Source: Bacteriovoracia bacterium
Lineage (GTDB): Bacteria; Bdellovibrionota; UBA1018; JBFWNL01
Reading direction: 5' to 3'
Assembly (NCBI GenBank): GCA_050251055.1
Contig: JBFWNL010000001.1
Location: forward strand, 587,825 to 651,824
DNA: 64,000 nt
The translations under genes and the position numbers were made by a program. How positions within the stretch are numbered: the first letter of the stretch is position 1; each line of letters opens with the position of its first letter. Below the pieces are notes generated by a model. That model worked only from the letters and a program-made list of their open reading frames with translations. It was not told the origin of the DNA and did no database searches. Positions 30,573-40,327 of this stretch are shown here, one piece after another.

Positions 30573-31082
30573 CTACTCCTCTTTCACCACGGCGAGTTTA
30601 AAATCCGAATAGCCTTGCACCGCCGCCGAGGCGAGCACGGTTTGGATCGTGCGGTACGGCGAACGACGGTCCGCCACCACCCATACGCTTTTGCCGACCT
30701 TCGCTTCGTCTTTCTTCAGTTCCGAAAAACTCTTGATGAGAACTTTAGAAGTCGTGGTCTCGTCCGAGCTGCCGTTGAGATCGGCGGCCGGGAATCGGAA
30801 GTCTTGCAGGTCGGCCAGCTTCTGCCCATCGATCGAGACGCCGCCCGCACCGATTTCCACGCGGATGCCGTCCTTGCCGTTCGTGCTGGCTTGAATCTCG
30901 GGCAGGTGAATCCCTTTCGGAACCGAGATATTCTCGACCGTCGAGATTCCGCTCGAAAAGCTCTTAAGCAGGAACACTAGGACAACCATCAGGATGTCCG
31001 CCAGTGACGTGATCTGCAGGCTGACTTCGGCGCCGTGATCTTGGGCCTTACCTTTGCTTTTTCGAATGCGTCTGAGAAACAT
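30573..31082 (-). CDS. ExbD/TolR family protein (AglS-like)
   Basis: LQITSLADILMVVLVFLLKSFS TM with the conserved Asp; VVADRRSPY. Confidence 0.9.
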   Translation of the reverse strand: MFLRRIRKSKGKAQDHGAEVSLQITSLADILMVVLVFLLKSFSSGISTVENISVPKGIHLPEIQASTNGKDGIRVEIGAGGVSIDGQKLADLQDFRFPAADLNGSSDETTTSKVLIKSFSELKKDEAKVGKSVWVVADRRSPYRTIQTVLASAAVQGYSDFKLAVVKEE

Positions 31083-31142
31083 GCAAAACCCCCATCTCCC
31101 TCGAAACCTGGTTAGCGGCGAAACCGCCGCGGCGTTTTCCGC

Positions 31143-31601
31143 TTAGAAGCCGCCGAGCACCACGTCCGGGTGAGTGTTACGCGTGGCTTCCATAGTCTTG
31201 ACGACATCCTGGTAAGCCACGTCACGCGCGCTTACCAAGGTGGCGGTCTTCACCTTAGGCCAAGCAGACTGTACCTTCTTAAGCTCGCTTTTGAGCCGAT
31301 CGAAATTCCACTGGTTGTTCACCGATCCCACGCGAATCTCATTCTGGGCGCCCGATCCGGTCAGCTTGATGCTGAGGTCGTGGTTCATCGACATCTGCAC
31401 GCTGATCTTCACCGGGTCTTCCGATTCGGAAGACGTCGCGCCCACGGCACTAGATACGTTGACGTTCAAGATGCCGATCGAGATATAGAGTCCCGAAGCT
31501 AGGATGAACGTCACCAGGATCGTCAAGCAGTCCACGATCGGAACGATGTTGATTTCGAAGTCGAGCTTGCTGCCGCTCTGACCGAATTTCTTGAATTTCA
31601 T
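31143..31601 (-). CDS. ExbD/TolR family protein (AglQ-like)
   Basis: EINIVPIVDCLTILVTFIL; VAYQDVVKTME. Confidence 0.9.
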   Translation of the reverse strand: MKFKKFGQSGSKLDFEINIVPIVDCLTILVTFILASGLYISIGILNVNVSSAVGATSSESEDPVKISVQMSMNHDLSIKLTGSGAQNEIRVGSVNNQWNFDRLKSELKKVQSAWPKVKTATLVSARDVAYQDVVKTMEATRNTHPDVVLGGF

Positions 31602-32296
31602 TAGGCGACTCCCCGGCCCTTGCCCGATTGTTCGCGATAATTCTTATTCAAGGCGGCGGCTTCCGTTTCGAAGTAACGCTGCTTGATGATATCGAGCACG
31701 CGAACGGCCGACGATTCGACCTCGGACACTAGACGGGTAGTTTTATTGATCAGGAAGCTGAAAGCGATCATGCACGGAATCGCCACGCCGAGACCGAGCA
31801 TGGTGGCGTGCATGGCTTGCGAAATACCTTCGGCCAAGGCCGTCGTCTTCGCGCCGCCTTCCTCCAAGCCGATGGCCCGAAAGGACTCGACGAGGCCGGC
31901 GATCGTGCCTAAGAGACCTAACAACGTCGCGACGTTCGCGATCATCGCCAAGAAGCCCGTACGCTTCTGGATCTTCTGCGATTCCTCTTCTACGGCCAGC
32001 TCCAGGCCGTTTTCAATCAAACTTTCCGGTTGGTGGGCGCGGAGCAAGGCCTTCTTCACCACGCGGGCGACGGGCTTGGAGTGATAGCGATCGCAAAAAG
32101 CGATAGCCTCGGCCACCTCGCCCTTCATGACGAGATCCCGCAGCTTCTCGAAAAACGATATCTCGTTCTGGAGCGGATAAACGACGTAAAGGGCGCGGAT
32201 ACGTTCCAATACGATCGCCAACGCAAAGGCGCCCGCTAGGAAAATCGGCGCCACGTGGGCAAGGTGATTCCTAATAAAGTCTAACATCTCGATCAT
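31601..32296 (-). CDS. MotA/TolQ/ExbB proton channel protein (AglR-like)
   Basis: ANVATLLGLLGTIAGL, GISQAMHATMLGLGVAIP; three TMs. Confidence 0.92.
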   Translation of the reverse strand: MIEMLDFIRNHLAHVAPIFLAGAFALAIVLERIRALYVVYPLQNEISFFEKLRDLVMKGEVAEAIAFCDRYHSKPVARVVKKALLRAHQPESLIENGLELAVEEESQKIQKRTGFLAMIANVATLLGLLGTIAGLVESFRAIGLEEGGAKTTALAEGISQAMHATMLGLGVAIPCMIAFSFLINKTTRLVSEVESSAVRVLDIIKQRYFETEAAALNKNYREQSGKGRGVA

Positions 32297-32357
32297 ATGG
32301 TTCTGTCTCCCTAAAAAGTGTACCCAAAACGGTTTTCAACCAATTTAGTAGTGTAGA

Positions 32358-32373
32358 AGCAAGACTCGAACCA
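32358..32373 (-). promoter_or_regulatory. Putative sigma54 promoter of the agl/glt operon
   Basis: TGGTTCGAGTCTTGCT (GG-N10-GC, TTGC), about 60 nt upstream of the aglR-like ATG. Confidence 0.6.
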
Positions 32374-32457
32374 AAGGGCGAAATGCCGAAGTAGCCGTAA
32401 TTCAACAGGCAAAGTCAGATCGGACACATGCAACGCGTTTACACGTGCAGATTTTTT

Positions 32458-33531
32458 TTACAAAATTAGCATGGCGTCGCCGTAGCTAAAAAAACGATAT
32501 CGCTGGCGAATTGCCTCAGCGTACGCACTTAAAATTAAATCCCGACCGGCGAAAGCCGAGACGAGCATCAATAACGACGATTTTGGCAAATGGAAATTCG
32601 TTAGTAGGCGATCGACCACCCGAAAGGGCAGGCCATCGGGATGAAAAAAAATCGAAGTGCGCCCGGCACCGCTTCGAATCGCGGACGCGTTCCACGCGCT
32701 CTCCAGCGTCCGCACGGAAGTCGTTCCGACGGCCGTCACGCGGCCGGCTTCCCCGCCGGCGCGTTTACGCCGATTGACTGCCTCGGCCACGCTCGGCGAG
32801 ATCTCGAACGCCTCTTCATGCATGTAGTGCTCGCGGATATCCGCGGTCTTCACCGGTCGAAACGTGCCGACGCCTACGTGCAAGGTCACCTCGGCCCACT
32901 CCGCGCCGCGCGCGGCCAGGCCCGCGAGCACGGCCGGCGTGAAATGCAGCCCGGCCGTAGGCGCGGCGGCCGATCCCAAGGTCTTGGCGTAGACGGTTTG
33001 ATAGTCGACCTCATCCGCCGCGTCCCCCGCTTGAATGTAAGGGGGAAGCGGTAGCATTCCCGCGCCCGCATCCACGGGGTCTTGATCAAAGCGCGCCACC
33101 ACGGTTCCCGCCGACAGATCTGCCTTAACCAACTCCCCCGTAATAAATCCCGCCGGCGAGGGAATGCGAAAACGCAAGCCCGGCTGTTGCCGGGCGGACG
33201 AGCGAAACATGCCTTCCCAGGTCCGTTCGCCTCGCGACTCCAGCATCAGGAATTCGATTTCACCGCCTTCACGCTCCCGGCCCTTTTCCATGAGCACGCG
33301 CCGGCCCAGGAGACGGGCGCGCAGCACCCGCGAGTTGTTCGCCACGAGCAGGTCCCGGGCATCGAAATATTCAGGCAGATCACGAAAAGTCCGATGCTCC
33401 CAGCTTCCCCGGGCGCGGTCCACCACCAGCAGGCGCGAAGCGTCGCGCGGTTGGGCCGGGCGCTGGGCGATCAGCTCATCGGGAAGGGTGAAGTCGTAAG
33501 CATCAAGATCGAAAGGATTGGGCGCGGACAT
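32458..33531 (-). CDS. queA: S-adenosylmethionine:tRNA ribosyltransferase-isomerase
   Basis: LPDELIAQRP, PLPPYI, YQTVYA, AAPTAGLHFT, TNFHLPKS, YRFFSYGDAM. Confidence 0.97.
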   Translation of the reverse strand: MSAPNPFDLDAYDFTLPDELIAQRPAQPRDASRLLVVDRARGSWEHRTFRDLPEYFDARDLLVANNSRVLRARLLGRRVLMEKGREREGGEIEFLMLESRGERTWEGMFRSSARQQPGLRFRIPSPAGFITGELVKADLSAGTVVARFDQDPVDAGAGMLPLPPYIQAGDAADEVDYQTVYAKTLGSAAAPTAGLHFTPAVLAGLAARGAEWAEVTLHVGVGTFRPVKTADIREHYMHEEAFEISPSVAEAVNRRKRAGGEAGRVTAVGTTSVRTLESAWNASAIRSGAGRTSIFFHPDGLPFRVVDRLLTNFHLPKSSLLMLVSAFAGRDLILSAYAEAIRQRYRFFSYGDAMLIL

Positions 33532-33544
33532 CGCGCTTCACGAA

Positions 33545-34921
33545 CTACCAAAGTTTACGCAGGACCGCATCCGGATAATAGTGTTTTAGGATCGCGGCCA
33601 TCGACTTGCCCTGCTCACCCATGGTTTTGGCGCCCCACTGGCACATGCCCACCCCGTGCCCGTAACCCTTGCCTTTAAAAACCCAGGTCTGCTTGGCTCC
33701 TCCAGCCGTAACTTCAAACGCCGTGCTTTTCAGCCTTGCCGTACCCAAGCCGTTACGCAAAAGCACCGCCGGTACCGGCCAGCTCACGCGGCGCTCGCCC
33801 AGCTGCCACTGCATCAACACGGACTCCACGCGGCCGGAAGCATCCAACGGCCCCGCGGCCATCTCGCGCAGCTCGCCACGCGCCAAAACATCGGACCAAT
33901 CCGCAGGCCAGGTAGACGGCGCCCCTTCCCGCTTCGCGGCGTCCCGCAGGAGATTCGAAATCTCGCCGCCGCCCACTTCTAGCTCCCAGCGAAAACGCGG
34001 CGACCCCTTGCAATAAGGGCATACGACCCGCCGCTGAAAACCCGGCGTCGACGCGCCCCAAACCTGCTCCGGTACCTGCGTGCTCCCGCCGCAGGTGGAG
34101 TGATAAAAAGCCTTGATCGGAAAGACGCGGGGCTCACGCGAGGAATCCGCGAGAGAAAGAATCATCCCTTCCGTCCGGCTAGCCACCCGTGCCGCTTTGA
34201 AGTGCTCCGAAGCGATACCGTCGTAAACTTGATCCTTCACCGTGGAGTCGAGATCGAAATGCTGGCCCTTTCGGCGAGCGGTAATCAACTGGTGGTACGC
34301 GTACGTGCGCGCCGCCACCACCTGCGCGGCCACCGATTCAGATGCCCACTCGGGCGAAAACTCGGTTCCCACCAAGCCGTCGAGGTACTTTTCGATGTCG
34401 ACGACGTTCACCACGTCACAACGACTTCCGACCGGTTGAATTTTGATCTCATCGCGGTAGGGCCGGCCCAGCGCCGATAGAAATCCCGCTTCGGTGTGCA
34501 CATATAGAGGACCGCGAAACCGCACCGGCGGCGGCACCTTCCCCGCCGGGGCGCCTTCGACTGCTTTCGCGCGTCCCGACACTTCACCGCCGGCGCAGCG
34601 AAACTCCCATTCGCCGATGGCCGCTCCCATCGCCAGCACCCGAGCATAGGCCGAATTTCCGGCCGGCGTACGATTCACCACTTTTTCGTATACCCGCAAA
34701 TCCATGCCCCGGACTTTCACCAAGGATTGCCGATGGGCGATGCGCACGCGGATCGCCGGCTTTTTCACTAAGCTCGGGGCGCCCGCATCGAACGGAACTT
34801 TGGCGGCTTCGGTACGGGATTGAAGAAAGGCGACCAGAGAAAATGCCGCGAACGCGCCGAGAAAATTCGCGCGGCCCCAACTCCATTTGGGTCTTGCCGA
34901 CAAACGCCTCCGTGTTTGCAC
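33545..34921 (-). CDS. SpoIID/LytB domain protein (lytic transglycosylase)
   Basis: EKYLDGLVGTE, AQVVAARTYA, DQVY, FYHSTCGG, GYGHGVGMCQWGA, ILKHYYP. Confidence 0.92.
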   Translation of the reverse strand: MQTRRRLSARPKWSWGRANFLGAFAAFSLVAFLQSRTEAAKVPFDAGAPSLVKKPAIRVRIAHRQSLVKVRGMDLRVYEKVVNRTPAGNSAYARVLAMGAAIGEWEFRCAGGEVSGRAKAVEGAPAGKVPPPVRFRGPLYVHTEAGFLSALGRPYRDEIKIQPVGSRCDVVNVVDIEKYLDGLVGTEFSPEWASESVAAQVVAARTYAYHQLITARRKGQHFDLDSTVKDQVYDGIASEHFKAARVASRTEGMILSLADSSREPRVFPIKAFYHSTCGGSTQVPEQVWGASTPGFQRRVVCPYCKGSPRFRWELEVGGGEISNLLRDAAKREGAPSTWPADWSDVLARGELREMAAGPLDASGRVESVLMQWQLGERRVSWPVPAVLLRNGLGTARLKSTAFEVTAGGAKQTWVFKGKGYGHGVGMCQWGAKTMGEQGKSMAAILKHYYPDAVLRKLW

Positions 34922-34972
34922 CGTCGGTTATTGTAACATACTTCAGAATGCGCGAAGCGTTATTATTAAGGA

Positions 34973-35866
34973 TTAGCCCAGGCGAATCCCGGAGCGCGCG
35001 AGCGCTTCTGGGTGCACGAGAACATTATCGATGAGCCGGGTCGCCCCCAAGAAAGCCGCCGCGGCGACGAGGTAGGACCTTCCGCTCTCGGCCGTTTGGG
35101 TCTGGGCGGGAACCAGCTCCGGAGCCTCCATGCACTCCAGATACTGCACGCGAAAACCCGCGTTCGCCAGCATTTCACGGGCGCGCGCCAGCACGACCGG
35201 AATCGGCTCGCCGGCTTCGAGCTTTTCGCCCGCGCGTTTGAGCTCCTGATAAAGGCGGGGCGCGAGCCGACGATCCTCCCCACTCAAGTACCGGTTGCGC
35301 GAGCTCAGCGCCAGCCCATCGGCTTCCCGCACCGTCGCGATCGCCGAAACCTGGGTATCGAGATTCAGGTCTTTCCCCATCTTGTGCAAAACGAAGAATT
35401 GCTGGGCGTCTTTGAATCCAAACAACGCAAGCTGCGGTCGTACCAGCTGGAAAAGCTTGAGCACGACCGTGGTCACGCCCCGAAAATGGCCCGGACGAAA
35501 ACGGCCGCAAAGTTCCTGTGAGAGCTGAGTCTCTTCGACGTAAGTAGAAAAATCGGTCGGGAACAGCGTCGCGGCCGACGGCGCGAAGATCACGTCCACT
35601 TTCTCCTCGCGGCAAACCCGCATGTCTTCGGCCTGGGTCCGCGGATACTTTTCAAAGTCCTCGCCCGGGGCGAACTGCGTGGGATTCACGAAGATCGAGA
35701 CGACGCTTTGCTCGCAGCGCGGCCGGATCTGGCGCATGAGTGCCGCGTGGCCCGCATGCAGCGCGCCCATCGTGGGAACGAAACCCACCGTACCGCCCAC
35801 GGATCGCCGCCAGGCCTTCAGCTCGTCGAGATCCTGGATGACTTTGATCTCTTTACGGTCAGGCAT
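34973..35866 (-). CDS. panC: Pantoate--beta-alanine ligase
   Basis: FVPTMGALHAGH, SIFVNPTQF, RPGHFRGV, GLALSSRN, RLIDN. Confidence 0.97.
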   Translation of the reverse strand: MPDRKEIKVIQDLDELKAWRRSVGGTVGFVPTMGALHAGHAALMRQIRPRCEQSVVSIFVNPTQFAPGEDFEKYPRTQAEDMRVCREEKVDVIFAPSAATLFPTDFSTYVEETQLSQELCGRFRPGHFRGVTTVVLKLFQLVRPQLALFGFKDAQQFFVLHKMGKDLNLDTQVSAIATVREADGLALSSRNRYLSGEDRRLAPRLYQELKRAGEKLEAGEPIPVVLARAREMLANAGFRVQYLECMEAPELVPAQTQTAESGRSYLVAAAAFLGATRLIDNVLVHPEALARSGIRLG

Positions 35867-37145
35867 GGGCTTCCGGTCCCACTTGGGCGCGGTGACGCCG
35901 GAGGGACTCGATGCGGTGGACGAGCTTTTCCGCCACGCGTGCTTTAGGCATGGAAGAGATCTTTTCTACTTCCACCCGCGACAACCACCACCCCTCATTC
36001 GCATCGGACTCGAAGCCTGCCCCCGCGCGAGAGACGTCATTTACGAAAATCGCGTCGCAGCCCTTGGCGGCCAACTTCAGCTTGGCGTTTTCCAAGTGCC
36101 GATCGGTTTCGGCCGCAAAGCCCAGCACGAATTGATGGGGGCGCTTGCGCTGGGCGACTTCGGCCAGGATATCGGGCGTTGCGCGCAAATGAGGCGCAGG
36201 CACCCCATCTTTTCCGGTTTTCTTGATTTTCGTGGGGCTTGCCCCGTCGAACTCCCAATCCAAGACGGCGGCCGTGCTGATAAACACATCGGCGGATGGG
36301 AAGCGCTCGCGAACGGCATCGGCCATTTCGGACGTCGTCGTCACCCAAGTGACCGACGCGCCAGGCGGGAAGCTCAACTCCGAGCTCACGGGACCGCTTA
36401 CCGCCTCGACATCCATTCCGTGCAGAGCGGCCTGCCACGCCAAGGCCACGCCCATTTTTCCACTCGAGCGATTGGTGAGAAAACGCACCGGATCGAGATA
36501 AGAACGTGTCGGTCCCAAAGTCACCAGTAGGCGCGGACGGGGGCCGCCGCGCGTGGCGAGCCGAGCGGAGCGCACGGCCATCTCCGCTAACACGGCATCG
36601 GGCTCGAGCATGCGTCCCGTGCCCGTTTCTCCGCAGGCCATGTCGCCAGCCGCCGGGCCCAGGATCTCGGCTCCCCGCTCGCGCAACGTGCGGAGATTCG
36701 CCTGCACCGCGACGTGCTCGAACATGGCGGGATTCATCGCGGGCGCCAGGAAAAGCGGCGCGCGCGAGGCGAGCACTTCGGTCGCCAGTAAGTCATCGGC
36801 CATCCCATGCGCGAGGCGCGCGATCGTATTGGCGGAAGCTGGCGCCACCAAGATCAGGTCCGCCCAGCGCGCAGTCGCGATATGATGGGTGCCATCCCCG
36901 GCCAGCTCGCCGTCCGCCTGCCAGAATCCCCGCAAAACCTTTTCTCCGGATAGCGTTTCGAGGGTAGTCGTCGTCACGAACTTCTCCGCCGAAGCCGTCA
37001 GCACCACCTTGACCTCCGCGCCGCAATCTTTCAATCCGCGCACGAGATCGACCGCTTTGAACGCGGCGATGCTCCCGCTGACCCCTAGCAGGATGCGTTT
37101 GCCGGAAAAATAGGGTGTGAGGTTATCTCTTAGAAATGGATTCAT
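35859..37145 (-). CDS. coaBC: Bifunctional phosphopantothenoylcysteine decarboxylase/synthetase
   Basis: GVSGSIAAFKA, PASANTIA, PAMN, DPVRFLTNRSSGKMG, GFAAET. Confidence 0.96.
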   Translation of the reverse strand: MNPFLRDNLTPYFSGKRILLGVSGSIAAFKAVDLVRGLKDCGAEVKVVLTASAEKFVTTTTLETLSGEKVLRGFWQADGELAGDGTHHIATARWADLILVAPASANTIARLAHGMADDLLATEVLASRAPLFLAPAMNPAMFEHVAVQANLRTLRERGAEILGPAAGDMACGETGTGRMLEPDAVLAEMAVRSARLATRGGPRPRLLVTLGPTRSYLDPVRFLTNRSSGKMGVALAWQAALHGMDVEAVSGPVSSELSFPPGASVTWVTTTSEMADAVRERFPSADVFISTAAVLDWEFDGASPTKIKKTGKDGVPAPHLRATPDILAEVAQRKRPHQFVLGFAAETDRHLENAKLKLAAKGCDAIFVNDVSRAGAGFESDANEGWWLSRVEVEKISSMPKARVAEKLVHRIESLRRHRAQVGPEAHA

Positions 37146-37923
37146 GCAGGTAAACCAGTCCGCGCAAAGTCAGGTCCGGATCGAAGCGATCGATCTCTTG
37201 GGCGATGCCCCTCAGCAGGGCGCTCACCCCGCCGGTAGCGACCACGCGACACTCGCGCGTGCCCAGCTCCGCCTTGAACCTTTGCACCATGCCATCGATC
37301 ATCGAGGCGTAGCCCAACAGAATCCCGCTGCGAAGCGCGTCCTGGGTATTGCTCCCGATCGCGCGTTCCGGCGGCAAGAGCTCGATCGACGGAAGCTTCG
37401 CGGTTTTGCGCGCCAGTGTTTCCATGGAAAGCTCGATGCCCGGCAAGATGGCGCCGCCTAGATATTCGGGACGGTCGCCGCCCCGGCCCGGCGCTACCGC
37501 GCACAGCGTGGTGGCGGTGCCCGAATCGACGATGATCACGGGCGCGCCGCCCTCGCGGACCGCCGCTTCGGCGTTGACCAAGCGGTCGGAACCCACCTGG
37601 TTGCTGGGATTTGCTCGGATAGAAAACGAAAACGGGAGTTGATCGGTCACTTCGTGGAACGCGGCCTTCAATCCGGAGACCTCGGTCCTCCGCCATAGCG
37701 AGCGGTAAGCGCCCGTCACCGGCGGTACCACCGACGAGATCATCGCCGACTTCACGTGGCTGAGCGACAGTCCCTCGCGCATGAAAAGCCCGTCCAGCTT
37801 GAGCTGAAGCTCGTCCGATGTCAGTAAGGGATGCGTGGAAATGCGCCAGGTTCGGCGTAGCTGGCCGTCCACGAAACAGCCGAGCACGGTGTGGGAGTTG
37901 CCGACATCAATGGCTAAGAACAT
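37123..37923 (-). CDS. coaX: Type III pantothenate kinase
   Basis: LAIDVGNS, VGSDR, VDSGTATT, GGAILPG, ATGG. Start ATG 37923. Confidence 0.95.
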   Translation of the reverse strand: MFLAIDVGNSHTVLGCFVDGQLRRTWRISTHPLLTSDELQLKLDGLFMREGLSLSHVKSAMISSVVPPVTGAYRSLWRRTEVSGLKAAFHEVTDQLPFSFSIRANPSNQVGSDRLVNAEAAVREGGAPVIIVDSGTATTLCAVAPGRGGDRPEYLGGAILPGIELSMETLARKTAKLPSIELLPPERAIGSNTQDALRSGILLGYASMIDGMVQRFKAELGTRECRVVATGGVSALLRGIAQEIDRFDPDLTLRGLVYLHESISKR

Positions 37924-38755
37924 CCGCCCTCCCGTCCGCCGGAGTCGCGGCGCCTTCCGCGCGCGTCCGCTCGACATACTTAGCCACCCCTTGCAAAAAC
38001 GCTTCTCCCAAAGATGCGGTAGGAGTCACGAACCTCGGCACGTGGCCGATGGTCAGCCCCAGCAGGTCGTGCGTGACCAGGACTTGGCCGTCGCAATCCG
38101 TGCCGGAACCAATGCCGATCGTCGGCACTGGCACCGCGCGCGAGATTTCCGCCGCGAGGCCCGCCTCCACGCACTCCAAAACGATGGCGAATGCGCCCGC
38201 GTCGGCGAGATCCCGGGCCGACTGCAATAGAAAGTGGCGTTCGTCGGGGGTCTTACCGTGCATCCGGTAGGTCCCCATCGCGTGGATGCTCTGCGGAGTG
38301 AGGCCGATATGGCCACAGACCGGAATGCCCGCGCGCGAAAGATCGCGTACGAGCTCGGCGACCTCGCTGCCTCCCTCGAGCTTCACCGCCTTCACGCGGG
38401 CTTCCTTCAAGAATCGCCCGGCGTTCGAAATCGCTTGCTCACGGCTTACCTGATAGCTCATGAATGGGAGATCCCCGATCACGAGCGCCCTTCGACAAGC
38501 ATGGCTGACCGCGCGCCCGTGGCGAAGCATGTCTTCCATGGTGACCGAAAGCGTATTGGGCTCGCCATACATGACCGGTCCCAAGCTATCGCCGACCAAG
38601 ACCATGTCCACCCCCGCGCGGTCGATCAGAGTCGCCATCGGGTAGTCGTAGGCCGTGAGCATGCTTAAGCGTTGACGGCCTTTCTGGGCACGGACCCAAG
38701 GTACCGTGACGGGTTTAACGGGGCCGGCGGGGGCCGGTTCTAGGTAACTACTCAT
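37907..38755 (-). CDS. panB: 3-methyl-2-oxobutanoate hydroxymethyltransferase
   Basis: MLTAYD, LVGDSL, AVKLEGG, GHIGLTPQS, IGIGSG..CDGQVLV. Confidence 0.97.
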   Translation of the reverse strand: MSSYLEPAPAGPVKPVTVPWVRAQKGRQRLSMLTAYDYPMATLIDRAGVDMVLVGDSLGPVMYGEPNTLSVTMEDMLRHGRAVSHACRRALVIGDLPFMSYQVSREQAISNAGRFLKEARVKAVKLEGGSEVAELVRDLSRAGIPVCGHIGLTPQSIHAMGTYRMHGKTPDERHFLLQSARDLADAGAFAIVLECVEAGLAAEISRAVPVPTIGIGSGTDCDGQVLVTHDLLGLTIGHVPRFVTPTASLGEAFLQGVAKYVERTRAEGAATPADGRADVLSH

Positions 38756-39720
38756 AGCTCGGAAACCAGATGTGGTCGTGGGCTGGAAGCAATCGGGCGA
38801 ACGCGGTTTTTTTCGGCGCCAGCGAGCTCCTCACGAATCGTCGCGGCGCCCGCTTCCCACTCGCGTGCGCGCACGTACTCGACGAAGCGGCCATCGAGAA
38901 TTTCGGCAAACTGGCGCGACAGCGCGTCTCGCGCGCCTAGACGTTCCAACCGATCGCGCATAGCGACCGTGCCCACCTTCGCCACTTCGCTAATACGATC
39001 CCAGGTCGCCTGGGGGCCGTCCCCGCGCACGAGACCGGCAATGAGTTCCATCTCGCTTAAGCATTCCTCACGGATCAACGCCTCCGGCACGCCGGCGTCC
39101 CGCATCGCCGCCATGGTCCAGGTCAGAAATGGGAACATCGTCCCGCAAAGCAAGCCCTGCTCGGACATCAAATCGCCGATGGTTTCCTTCTCGAAAGAAG
39201 TCTCCACGATATTCTTAGGCGCAAACCCCAGATCCCGCGCCAATGCGGCGGCTACTTCCCGGCGGTGAAAGGGCGCGCTCGAAGCGGCAACCAGCGTATG
39301 CGTTCCCGTAGAGGACTCGCGACGCGCGTCTTGAAAATGAGAAAGGAGCTTCGGACCGATCGCCTTCGGAGCGAGCAGGATCGGATCGTGGCCCGGCGAA
39401 AGGTCCCGCAGGTCGCCGGCATACACCGCGTAGCCATGCGCGAGCACGATGGCGAGCGGATCCGGAACGCCCGCGAGGAAGTCACGATAAACCTTGCCAA
39501 CTTGCAAATCTGGCAAGAGCATCGCCACCACGCCCGGCTTCGGTCCACGCGCAAGTGACGTCGCCAGCTCAGGGAGCAACGAAACGGAAAACCCAAGCTC
39601 TTGGGCCCGGCGAAAACCTTCGCCCGACCGGTGCAAATAGATATGAACCTCTTGGCCACTTTGGCGGAGACACTGCGCCCAGGCCGACCCCTGACTGCCG
39701 AAACCAACAATGTGAATCAT
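38752..39720 (-). CDS. Divergent ketol-acid reductoisomerase (IlvC-like), probable ketopantoate reductase
   Basis: VGFGSQG, MLLPD, AHG, APKAIG, TSFEKET.GDLMSEQ..LCG, ECLSE; coupled to panB. Confidence 0.8.
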   Translation of the reverse strand: MIHIVGFGSQGSAWAQCLRQSGQEVHIYLHRSGEGFRRAQELGFSVSLLPELATSLARGPKPGVVAMLLPDLQVGKVYRDFLAGVPDPLAIVLAHGYAVYAGDLRDLSPGHDPILLAPKAIGPKLLSHFQDARRESSTGTHTLVAASSAPFHRREVAAALARDLGFAPKNIVETSFEKETIGDLMSEQGLLCGTMFPFLTWTMAAMRDAGVPEALIREECLSEMELIAGLVRGDGPQATWDRISEVAKVGTVAMRDRLERLGARDALSRQFAEILDGRFVEYVRAREWEAGAATIREELAGAEKNRVRPIASSPRPHLVSEL

Positions 39721-39829
39721 AAAGACCCCCTTTGGCGCTACCCTTGGGGGGGGCTTGTATCACCTGGGTCCCTAGCCGGCAACTTGACGGCCGACACCGC
39801 CTCAGATAACGCTGCGCATTTTTAGAGTT

Positions 39830-40327
39830 TCAGTACTCTTCGCAGCCGACTTCGCCGTACTCGGCTCGACAATTCTTGCCACACTTGATGATACCGTAGG
39901 CTTCCACACAGGAATGGGTGGATTTACGGCCGCAATAGACTTTCCCAAAGCCCACCATGCAACCATAGCCGCACTTACGAATACCGCCAAACTCAAGGCA
40001 GCCCCATCCCTCGCCGCCCCGATTCACCGGTCCGCTGGCGGCGACGATGTTGTCCTGCAGGGAGCGATCTTGCTTCCCTTGCACGTAGCCATCCCGATAC
40101 CCCTTCTCAGTGCCGGCCTTCTGTTTTTCCAAACAGGGCTGGGCCACGCGCAGGTCCATCTCGCGGCTATTGAGTGAGTCATTCATCCCCCGCTTGAACG
40201 CGGCGTCGTAGTTGCAATTCTCTTCCTGATAGCGCTCCTGCATCGAGGCGCAGCCCACTAGGCCACCGGCCGCTCCGGCCAGTAAGATCATGCCGAGCGC
40301 GCGGGAGAAACGGCTACTTCTTCCCAT
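39830..40327 (-). CDS. Lipoprotein with Cys-rich C-terminal repeats
   Basis: LVG-C lipobox; repeated C-x3-(F/Y)G-x3-C units. Confidence 0.7.
   Translation of the reverse strand: MGRSSRFSRALGMILLAGAAGGLVGCASMQERYQEENCNYDAAFKRGMNDSLNSREMDLRVAQPCLEKQKAGTEKGYRDGYVQGKQDRSLQDNIVAASGPVNRGGEGWGCLEFGGIRKCGYGCMVGFGKVYCGRKSTHSCVEAYGIIKCGKNCRAEYGEVGCEEY

Noticed and set aside
31113-31140. Small GCGGCGAAACCGCCGC hairpin between the two ExbD-like genes
   Set aside because: Short, with no convincing U-tract on the coding strand; at most an mRNA stability element.
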